In this document: one piece after another, positions 9,646 through 17,946 of the stretch | How positions within the stretch are numbered: the first letter of the stretch is position 1 | Layout of the letters: each line of letters begins with the position of its first letter | Assembly (NCBI GenBank): GCA_048886185.1 | Contig: JBHLKY010000003.1 | Location: 1 to 32,000 of the forward strand | Direction of reading: 5' to 3' | From: Candidatus Hermodarchaeota archaeon | GTDB lineage: Archaea; Asgardarchaeota; Heimdallarchaeia; Hodarchaeales; Hodarchaeaceae | Length of the DNA stretch: 32,000 bases | Made by a program: the position numbers and the translations under genes | Notes under the pieces: generated by a model | Databases searched by the model: none | What the model was told of the DNA's origin: nothing | What the model saw: only the letters and a program-made list of their open reading frames with translations

Positions 9646-10695
9646 TTGGGGAAGATGACCCAAAAAAATGTTATTAGTCAAGGTAACAACCCAAATTATC
9701 TAAGAGAAGTGTCAAAATCAAACATTGAGAAAAATTTGTTAAGTGCTATACAGATAGAACCAAGAATCATAAAATCGCAAAAAATAGGATCCTTAACATT
9801 ACGGGGAGGTTTAATTGGAACTATTATATCATCCTCATTGATGTCCTTAGCAATAATTAGTATGCCTTTCGATGCTGGTTTTAGAACCCCTTTTAGGTAT
9901 TACCTCGTCAATTTTGGTCTTTATACTGGGATTCTGGGGTTAATTCTATTTACTTTTATTTTCTATCTCGGAGTACTAATCACTTTCTTTAATGAAATTA
10001 AGGCAAAACGAATTAACAGTGTAACCATCAAAAACTTTGTAATAAATAGAAAATTCTTGGTGATTATATCCATAATTGCAGCAAATTGGGCTTTAAGTCT
10101 TATCCCTCAAGTTTTTCTTCTTCCTTTTTACAGTCAGGTTGGTCTATATGGAGGAGCGTCTTCTTTTGCTTTTCCTCTTGAAATTGGTAAAGATTTTGAA
10201 CAGTTCATCTTAATTGAAATCGTTCAGGGAATTTTAGAACATCCCGATCTTGAAACTGGGATATTTGGTAGATTGATTAGGCTAATTGCAATTGGTATAT
10301 TGATTTGTACAGTTTACTCTTTGATTTGGTCATTAATTGAAATTTTCAAGGATTTTAGACATCTGAGCGAAAAGACACCCTATGGAAAAATCGTGCTGGA
10401 TTTATGTTTCAAAGCTCTAATTCTGGTATTATTGATATTTGAGATTATCAGTCCAATCTGGGAATTTGCTGATCCTTCGGGTTTCCAAAGGCTGTGGTGG
10501 TCAGATTTCTTGATAGATCTCTTTATTGCTACTCCTCTCTCGATTTTTATATTACTATTTTTAATAACAGGAAGTTTTACGAATGATTCCTTTGTAATGG
10601 AAGATAAAACAAAGTTTAAATCTAGGTTGGTCTTTTCAATTTCCCTTACATTTTTTATAGTTGGATACTCTTGGTTTTTGGTATATGTATATTGA
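9646..10695 (+). CDS. Uncharacterised polytopic membrane protein
   Basis: 349 aa with roughly 7-8 hydrophobic segments; no family recognised. TTG 9646 or ATG 9655 start. Confidence 0.75.
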   Translation: MGKMTQKNVISQGNNPNYLREVSKSNIEKNLLSAIQIEPRIIKSQKIGSLTLRGGLIGTIISSSLMSLAIISMPFDAGFRTPFRYYLVNFGLYTGILGLILFTFIFYLGVLITFFNEIKAKRINSVTIKNFVINRKFLVIISIIAANWALSLIPQVFLLPFYSQVGLYGGASSFAFPLEIGKDFEQFILIEIVQGILEHPDLETGIFGRLIRLIAIGILICTVYSLIWSLIEIFKDFRHLSEKTPYGKIVLDLCFKALILVLLIFEIISPIWEFADPSGFQRLWWSDFLIDLFIATPLSIFILLFLITGSFTNDSFVMEDKTKFKSRLVFSISLTFFIVGYSWFLVYVY

Positions 10696-10773
10696 GTAAA
10701 CACCCCCAAACACTCGCACGGGATTTTTGCTGATTTAAACTCGACATCTACAGAAATAAGTTGAGGGGCAATC

Positions 10774-10851
10774 CTATGTATTCTCATCAATTCTGCGGTT
10801 TTTACTGTACCCCTCGGGCTGTTCATAATTTAGATAAAACGATTTATTCAT
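10774..10851 (-). pseudogene. Truncated duplicate of the rpl7ae N-terminus (MNKSFYLNYEQPEG then unrelated sequence, 25 aa)
   Basis: 11 of the first 14 residues match L7Ae MSKPFYVNYEQPEG; similarity stops abruptly at 10810; SD decayed from GGAGGT to AGAGTT. Confidence 0.8.
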
Positions 10852-10884
10852 AATTTGACTAACTCTAGGGCCTTATTTCAGATT
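10810..10884. repeat. Direct repeat copy 2 (75 bp)
   Basis: 67/75 identical to 9434..9508, same orientation. Confidence 0.95.
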
Positions 10885-11310
10885 CCAATCTTTAGCCCAA
10901 TTATGTATTTTTTCATTTTTTAAGCAAGGATGATTTCGCTTCAAATAGCTATTAGATCCCAAGATTTAACACAGAAATAGACCAATCTTAGCTGATATGT
11001 AATTTCTTTACCTTCAGGGTACCCTCTCAAACAGAATTCTTCTGAAATGCAAAGAGAGCTTGAAGAATCCCAAGTAAGAGTACTTAATAATGGGAAGTAT
11101 ATGCCTTACAATGTAAAATAAGAGGAAAAAAAGAAATCAAGCTTAATGAAAACAGTAAAAGATTAATTAATGTCTGTTCAGTCTAATATTAAACAGATAA
11201 AATCCATAGTTCCCCCAGAACACAAAGATGGGAAGGTATTTTAAAGCAATGTATAATGTTCCTGTTAATAGGACTTTGAAGTTGAAAAAATTTCCTTTGA
11301 GAGGATAATA

Positions 11311-13455
11311 ATGTCATCAGAAGTTTATGAAAAACTAGGGCTTTCTATTGAGGAGGGGCAGATATATGCAATCATGGCCTCAAAGTTGGTTCGAACCAAG
11401 GAAGAAATAGAATTATTAGCTGAGAAGATTGCACCTCAAGTTGAAAACCTTCTAAAATCATTGGAGGAAAAGAAGTTCATTCGAATGATTCCTGGAAAAG
11501 TACCTCAATATCATGCTTTAGCCCCTCCTATTGCAATCAGTCACCAAATGCATCATCAAGTAGAGACAACATCCTCGGAGTACAATGATGAGATTAACTC
11601 ATATTGGGAACAAGGGCAAATATCCTTGCAATCCATAGTCAATGAGCTACAAGCAGGTGTTAAACAGCTAATAGAATTTAAAAATGGAACCTCTTCGGGT
11701 CTTGAAAAGTTTATTAATCAGGTAGACGGTACCATTAAATCTGAGGAGGAAAGACTTGAAGGAGAGATAAATAAAAACACCCAAGTCCAGAAAGATACCA
11801 TTGAAATTTGTGGGCATACATTTAGTCTAACCTTACAATCTTTATTAAACAAGGATATGTTAAATCTAATAGAGGAAGCTAGAAAGATTCATTCCGATTT
11901 TCGTGAACAATTACAAGATTTTATTGGTAAAATAACAGACGAAACGAAAGAAGAATTTTCAGACAAATTTCAAAACTGGATAAACCAAAGCCTCGAAGAA
12001 ATGGAGGTTGGAATCCCGTCAACTCAAAAACAACGCGATGAAGAACTGACAATTTCAACTGAATATATTGATAAAACTGGAAATAAATTCGAGAAAACGA
12101 TCCTAGAATTCAGTAATCAATTTCCTAAACTTGTTGAGGATTTCACAGCACAACATTCTAATGATTTCAATATTTTAGACAGAAATTTTAAAGGAACCAT
12201 AAATAAAATAAAGAGTCGGTTTCTGGAAATTCAGAATGAGGCGAATAATCGATTAAGTAAACGAGTATCATTTGGGAAAAGTGGATTCGAAGCCATTAAT
12301 AAAATAGTAGACCTTTCAATAAATGAGATTGACACATCATATAAAAGTATTGAAAACCAAATTGAAAATATAATTCAAAATTCAGAGCAAACTAGCTCAT
12401 CTTTAGCGGAAACTGTGACGTCAAATCTAACCAAACAAAATAGGGAATTTCAAGATTTTCTAAGAGAAATTAAATATGATTTAACGGAGGCAATCAACAA
12501 TTCATATGAAAAAACAATTTCTACTCTGCAATCTGTTTCACAGAATATCCGAAATTCATCTTTACAACAAAAAATTATCATTTCTCGGCAAATAAATCAT
12601 TTATCCGAACTTTTGGCCGAAAAGAACCGCTATTATCTTACCACGACCGATCAGGTATTAAATGCCTTTTTTACTCATATCAATACTGAAACTCAAAATC
12701 TGGTTGATCGAATGATCCAGAATGTGAATGATTGTTTAGCTATAACAACAAATACTCTTATTCAATCGGGTCAAACTTATTTTGAAATAATAGAGAGAAA
12801 TCTCTCTTCTATTTTTTCCTCATTAGATTATGAGGTTGAGGATTTAACAACGAAATTAGATAACATTCAAATGAATCTTGAAACTAAAATCAATAATTCT
12901 ATAACGGATGTTAATAATTCAATCTCCACTAATTTCAATCAATCTGTCAAGGCAATTCCAGACAGATTTTCAAAAGGCTTAGCTCAAGGCCAAGAAATAA
13001 TTAATGTATTGCGTGATATTAACACCATGACGCTAAAGATCCCAATTGAACAAATCGAACACACCTATCTCCGAATTGAATCACTAGAAGGTATAACCAA
13101 AATACTTGAGGCAATGTTGGCTCGAACCAAAAGCACCATTCAGATAATCCTCCCTAACATTTCCCTCCTCCCAATTGAAGCAATAAAACAGATAACACGA
13201 CGTAGGATTCAAATATTAACTCAAATTAAATCCTCAGACAATGTAGAGGAACTGAAGGATTTGGATAATGTCCATCTTAAGAGTTTTGACGATCTAGGAC
13301 ATGTGTACGCCATTGCACGAGATGGAACAGAAGAGATTATTATTGGTTCAGGGAAAGATGAAAAAATACCCTTAATTGCTACAATTGATGAGGAACTCGC
13401 AGCTGTACTTAAAGAAATTATTCAGGATTATTGGCCCAGAGGGAGAGCCATCTGA
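11311..13455 (+). CDS. TrmB-like HTH protein with a very long coiled-coil insert and TrmB-like C-terminal domain
   Basis: N-terminal KLGLSIEEGQIY...LKSLEEKKFI...PQYHALAPP matches the TrmB wHTH pattern; about 500 aa Q/E/N/S-rich amphipathic helix; C-terminal alpha/beta domain (AMLARTKSTIQIILP...AIARDGTEEIIIG). Confidence 0.75.
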   Translation: MSSEVYEKLGLSIEEGQIYAIMASKLVRTKEEIELLAEKIAPQVENLLKSLEEKKFIRMIPGKVPQYHALAPPIAISHQMHHQVETTSSEYNDEINSYWEQGQISLQSIVNELQAGVKQLIEFKNGTSSGLEKFINQVDGTIKSEEERLEGEINKNTQVQKDTIEICGHTFSLTLQSLLNKDMLNLIEEARKIHSDFREQLQDFIGKITDETKEEFSDKFQNWINQSLEEMEVGIPSTQKQRDEELTISTEYIDKTGNKFEKTILEFSNQFPKLVEDFTAQHSNDFNILDRNFKGTINKIKSRFLEIQNEANNRLSKRVSFGKSGFEAINKIVDLSINEIDTSYKSIENQIENIIQNSEQTSSSLAETVTSNLTKQNREFQDFLREIKYDLTEAINNSYEKTISTLQSVSQNIRNSSLQQKIIISRQINHLSELLAEKNRYYLTTTDQVLNAFFTHINTETQNLVDRMIQNVNDCLAITTNTLIQSGQTYFEIIERNLSSIFSSLDYEVEDLTTKLDNIQMNLETKINNSITDVNNSISTNFNQSVKAIPDRFSKGLAQGQEIINVLRDINTMTLKIPIEQIEHTYLRIESLEGITKILEAMLARTKSTIQIILPNISLLPIEAIKQITRRRIQILTQIKSSDNVEELKDLDNVHLKSFDDLGHVYAIARDGTEEIIIGSGKDEKIPLIATIDEELAAVLKEIIQDYWPRGRAI

Positions 13456-13753
13456 GAAGCTGGCTTATGAGAGGCCTGATGAATAAAATCATTAAGTAAA
13501 AGCCCTAGCTGGAAACTTTATCATTAGTTTCTACTAAATACTTATTACACAACAGAGTAAATCAAATTTCTTAATCTAAAAACTACATCTAAAGCCACAG
13601 TTTCTTTATATGGCAGAGCTGATAGCAGGGATAGCTATTTTCTAGTATTATATAAAGAATTTAACAGTGTAATCGTTATATCACTTATAATAATCTGTTA
13701 TTATAATAGAATAATAAAAGTTCATCACTTTTTAAAATAAAAATAAGAATTAC

Positions 13754-14257
13754 TTATTGTATATTATTAACATTCTTGGGACGGACGACGATTTTTATGA
13801 AAAACTTATCAACTTCTAGTGTTAATTTAGCTTTCATTATTGGATGCTTTAAGTATTCTTTCTGTGATGGATCAATTATTAATTTAGATTTTATCCGTTT
13901 ATTAATAGTTGCAATTGATGCAACTCCCCCCTCCTCATTTATTGATACACTTAACAATCTATTATCTAAATCAATACTCAACCTTTTGAATACATGTAAT
14001 TTTTTCCGTTTTTTTTTGTATGCTAAGACCACCTTATCTCTAGCTCTTACTACCAAGTTTGCGGGAATGTTATATTTCAACCTAACATCCTTATAAGTCA
14101 AATGATGAAGCGCGACTGAATTAAAACAACCCTCATTATAGGCTATTTCACTAATATAGTTACAAATCTCTCTATAGAGTCTAATGGTATTTTTTAATCT
14201 TGAAAAATCTTCTTCTGTAATCTCCAGTTTCCCTGAAATAATATAATTAGTTTCCAT
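13754..14257 (-). mobile_element. TnpB (IS200/IS605-family) N-terminal half only; RuvC domain absent
   Basis: Typical TnpB N-terminal pattern (GKLE.T.E...L..T..LYREICNYIS; LHHLTYKDVR.KY.I.ANLVVRA; SIDLD.R..S; A.L.....FFIKIVV) ending in a stop where GVDLG would follow; no tnpA and no RuvC remnant seen in the AT-rich downstream DNA. Confidence 0.8.
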
Positions 14258-14464
14258 TCTTCATCACAGAATCCTAAAATTAAGTACCGTCTCTATACTT
14301 GTAACTAGTAAGCTCAATTCTTAGTTCAAATGAAATTTCCTTGAATATTAATTTAAAATTACCATTTATAATGATTATTAAAGGCCTATTGCAAGAACTT
14401 GGATATGATGTTATTCTAGAAATCGTCAATCTAACATTAAAGAAGATCCAGAGGTGTAAGAGAG

Positions 14465-16189
14465 TTACGCAAATTTTAATATGGTTGATCTTTTCGAGAA
14501 TCGTCTAGCTCTATAATCTCTCATTTTTTTCTCTACAAGTGGGTAACCGTTGTCTTCTAAAATCATATTTAGACGATCTACTTCGGATAAAATAGTAAAC
14601 GAATTCGGATCAACCGTTAAACATTTTCCGTCAACAATATTGGTTTGAATTTCACCACATGCTACATCAGATCCCTTCAAATGTGGGGCATCAAGAATTC
14701 CTATTTTAACCGCTCTTGCTAATGTTAATGGATGGATTAAAGGATCTTTAACTGATTCTTCAGATATATTCTGAAGCGCCTGAAAAATCAAGTAAGCGTC
14801 AGATATAAGCTCTAATTTGTACTCCTCAAGCTTTGGATCTAACGCGATTGAAGGTAAACCCCTCACGGAATTTGAAATTACTTTTCGAGCAATTTTAGTA
14901 CTCTCCAGCACATCTTCAGATGTTGCTGCATGATCAGCTTCACAATAGCTGACCACATGGACAATATGAGGTTTAATAAACATAGCCATTTGAATAGAAG
15001 AGGCTAGCTGCCCCATTGCAAGATGAGGATCCTCGGGGAAGCTCAAAAGGCCAGTACGAACCTGACGATAGGTGGTGAAGGTTTCAGTACGTAGACTTTC
15101 TATCAGCTCAGTCTTCGCTAACATTTTCGCTAAATCATATCTAGGTGCTAGACCAATAGGTGTATTAAACATCAGCTGGGAAATATAATTATGTACACCA
15201 GCCATTTTTGCGTTGTACGCTCCTAGGAAGGCTGCTGCAACAGCAATGGCATCAGGGGCGGAACGGAGACTCCAATGATGTGACTCATTGGCTTCAAAAG
15301 GAATATTATGTGCCCCATGCCAGACAATATTTGATTGGTTCTCTATGATTGCTTCTTGTAATGCCCGATTACTTCGACCATCTAATTCAGAATACCAAAA
15401 TAAGGGAGTAGCTCCCCAAGCATTGTTTATCGTGTTTTTAAGCAATTTTGCCATTTTTAGTAAATTTCTGGTACCTGAATAACAGCGTAGTAAAGGGTAA
15501 TTTCCACACCTCGATGCCTTGTAAAAACTAATTAAATCTTCTTTTGAACGGATTGGAACACCTCCTGCTCCCCTTTCGGACTCTTTCATCTTTTCGGGGC
15601 CAAAAAAGTGTTCTTGAAAATTTTGGTCTGGACCTATCGAGATAATATCAATGACTTTTGCTGCTGCTATTGTTTTAATACCGTTTTGGGTTTCCTCAAC
15701 AGAAGGAACACCAAAATGGGCACGTAATAAGGGGTAAGGAGAATAAAATTTTATTCGATCAATTAAATTGATTGGAATGGATTTCTTTTCTTTTGAAGGG
15801 GATAATGAATTCCTTAGGTATTCAATTACATCCCTTTCTGTTGTTTTCCCATTAAAAAGGCGATGGAATATTCCAAACCTTCTAATAGCTTTGCATACAG
15901 GACTTGTACCTCCAAAGATCCACTTTTTCTTTCTCATTTCAGGAGTGATTTTGTCATTAAGTTCCTTTACAATCTCAATACCTGCTTCTGGTGTTAAACG
16001 ATAACTTAAAGCGATTATTTCAGGATCTAATTTATTAATTTCTGTAATAATATTTTCGATTGTATTTGGAGGACGTAAGAACGATGTTTCATAACCTTGT
16101 TCTCGTGCAATTTGCATGAAATTAAATACTCCAGCAACATGAACACAAGAACCTAATGTGGCACATAATATTTTTCTCCTAATGGTCAT
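14465..16189 (-). CDS. Cobalamin-binding domain fused to a TIM-barrel domain (putative B12-dependent mutase, glutamate-mutase S+E-like)
   Basis: DxHxxG-type motif CVHVAG, then ALSYRL and IFGG of the B12 Rossmann domain; C-terminal ~400 aa with QVRTGLLSFP and VVSYCEA that resemble glutamate mutase E motifs (from memory). Confidence 0.7.
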   Translation of the reverse strand: MTIRRKILCATLGSCVHVAGVFNFMQIAREQGYETSFLRPPNTIENIITEINKLDPEIIALSYRLTPEAGIEIVKELNDKITPEMRKKKWIFGGTSPVCKAIRRFGIFHRLFNGKTTERDVIEYLRNSLSPSKEKKSIPINLIDRIKFYSPYPLLRAHFGVPSVEETQNGIKTIAAAKVIDIISIGPDQNFQEHFFGPEKMKESERGAGGVPIRSKEDLISFYKASRCGNYPLLRCYSGTRNLLKMAKLLKNTINNAWGATPLFWYSELDGRSNRALQEAIIENQSNIVWHGAHNIPFEANESHHWSLRSAPDAIAVAAAFLGAYNAKMAGVHNYISQLMFNTPIGLAPRYDLAKMLAKTELIESLRTETFTTYRQVRTGLLSFPEDPHLAMGQLASSIQMAMFIKPHIVHVVSYCEADHAATSEDVLESTKIARKVISNSVRGLPSIALDPKLEEYKLELISDAYLIFQALQNISEESVKDPLIHPLTLARAVKIGILDAPHLKGSDVACGEIQTNIVDGKCLTVDPNSFTILSEVDRLNMILEDNGYPLVEKKMRDYRARRFSKRSTILKFA

Positions 16190-17334
16190 TTCTCTAGTAC
16201 ACTCTCCTGTTTCATTATTTCAATGTAGAATTCATCACCAAGAGTCATATACTCTTTTAGTAAGTAAAATGGGATTCTATGTAGCCTCAATGACTCAATA
16301 GTTCTACCAAGAGATCTATAATCTTTATTAAACATACAATTAGCTAAATTAATAATGGCATCAATGAAAGGAGTTTGAACTTCAGCTTCTTCTCCAAAGC
16401 TAGATAATGGAATTAAACCAGTTGGAATATCTTCAAAGATATACCGGACATCTAAAGTTGATGGTGCCATAACGTTTTGATATTCTCTTGTGTTATGAAT
16501 TGTTTCATATAGATTTTTCCCATTACTTCCATAGACCGAATTCAACCATTTTTGTAATGTAATCGCCCGTACTCCATATGCATCTGCTACCGCAACTCGT
16601 TCATTGTCCATTTTTTCTAAAAAAGAAGCAACAGAGGGAGATATTCCATCAATATAATGTCGATAATTAACTTTTGGATCCTCACATCTAGCGACATTCA
16701 ATAATAATGGAGTAGGATGAAAAATTGCACCAATATTATCAAAAGAAGTGTTTAAAACCGATTCAGTTTCCCAAAAAGCGCTGTGTAGATCTTTCAAGAA
16801 TGGTATAGTTTCGTTATTATCGCAGGATGGAAATGCTGAAACTGGTACTCTTTTTTTTATCCCAGAAATTGTTACTTCGCTTGGTTTTGAACATCGTGAA
16901 ACAAATAGAAGGGATTGAGCTTCTACGACTTGTGGTTTAAACAAGCCATTATTATCTCGTATGGAATTTCTAACTTCAATTGCGCCTCCAGTTCTCCCTG
17001 GATTTAATACAACGATTTGATTATCATCCAAATAAGGAGCAATTCTTGCTGCTATTTCCTTATGTGCATTAGCGGTTGTTACCACCATTATTAACTTACT
17101 TTCTTTAATAACCTCATGAATTGAGGGTGAAACCAAATCAATGTTGAAATGTCCTTCTAATAGTCCTGAGGATATAATACCGTTATTCTCTTTTACACCT
17201 TCAAGAACTGACCTAGACCGATTCCAAATCTTCACTTTATACCCTTTTGATTTTGCATATGCTGCAAAAGCATGTCCTCCATTTCCTAACCCAAGAATAG
17301 ATATAGAGTCATCTTGAATCTTTTCGTTTTTCAT
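16186..17334 (-). CDS. NAD/NADP-dependent opine (octopine/nopaline) dehydrogenase family protein
   Basis: Rossmann ILGLGNGGHAFA, LNPGRTGG, NIGAIFHP, RYIFEDIPTGL. ATG 17334 follows AGGAAGG; the track uses TTG 17352. Confidence 0.88.
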   Translation of the reverse strand: MKNEKIQDDSISILGLGNGGHAFAAYAKSKGYKVKIWNRSRSVLEGVKENNGIISSGLLEGHFNIDLVSPSIHEVIKESKLIMVVTTANAHKEIAARIAPYLDDNQIVVLNPGRTGGAIEVRNSIRDNNGLFKPQVVEAQSLLFVSRCSKPSEVTISGIKKRVPVSAFPSCDNNETIPFLKDLHSAFWETESVLNTSFDNIGAIFHPTPLLLNVARCEDPKVNYRHYIDGISPSVASFLEKMDNERVAVADAYGVRAITLQKWLNSVYGSNGKNLYETIHNTREYQNVMAPSTLDVRYIFEDIPTGLIPLSSFGEEAEVQTPFIDAIINLANCMFNKDYRSLGRTIESLRLHRIPFYLLKEYMTLGDEFYIEIMKQESVLEK

Positions 17335-17532
17335 ACGGATCCTTCCTTTCAAAAAATATAACTATAATCCTTTTATGCTCTTTATTCGCATTTTAAATAA
17401 TTCTAGTCTATTAAAAGCTAATTTAATGTATGATCTATTGCTAAATTGCTGATTATCCCATTAAAAAAAAGAAATTCGGATCAAAAAATCAGTTTCCTAG
17501 GAAATCAGAAAGATTATCTCTTTTCCACTAGC

Positions 17533-17550
17533 TTTATTCATATGAATAAA
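17533..17550. promoter_or_regulatory. Perfect 18-bp palindrome TTTATTCATATGAATAAA, candidate operator
   Basis: Equals its own reverse complement; lies about 200 bp upstream of the opine dehydrogenase start. Confidence 0.4.
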
Positions 17551-17683
17551 CCGAGAAAATTGTTGTAATTCCCTACATAATTAAACGTAATTAAACTTGT
17601 TTATTAATTTTTTGGATTTATTAACTGTAAATATATAAATAAACCTACGACTTCAGTGTGAAAAAGCTATAAAATTTGCATAG

Positions 17684-17695
17684 TTCATATATGAA
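17684..17695. promoter_or_regulatory. Perfect 12-bp palindrome TTCATATATGAA, candidate operator
   Basis: Shares TTCAT/ATGAA half-sites with the palindrome at 17533. Confidence 0.3.
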
Positions 17696-17946
17696 AATAG
17701 CTTAATTTTAATATTAAACTATTTTTTTATGTTTTGGGTAAAAATAAAACCAAAATTGATTTATTTCATATTAAATAATTCTGTATATAATATTGAATAT
17801 TGAAAATGAAAATCATGTGGAAAATAAATGGATAAAAACTACCTATTGTTATATTCGAGCTGATTGGGCTTCCTACACATTGAAGAAATACATTAAGGGG
17901 ACATATATCATCATTTAGTGATCTACCAATGGCTCTCTTCTGTTAA

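Noticed and set aside
10380-10826. 148-aa minus-strand ORF starting within repeat copy 2
   Set aside because: Uses an out-of-frame ATG of the duplicated rpl7ae fragment and is mostly antisense to the membrane gene.
10996-11244. Purine-rich plus-strand frame broken by two TAA stops upstream of the TrmB-like gene (possible pseudogene or readthrough)
   Set aside because: No recognisable homology; all neighbouring genes use the standard code, so recoding is unsupported.
13476-13531. CUGAUGA ... GAAAC/GUUUC resembling a hammerhead core or box C
   Set aside because: Stem II and stem I pairings cannot be formed, and no box D lies at sRNA distance.
13456-13753. omegaRNA or IS200/IS605 right end downstream of the truncated tnpB
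   Set aside because: Only short AT-rich hairpins are visible; nothing I can support as a guide scaffold without a covariance search.
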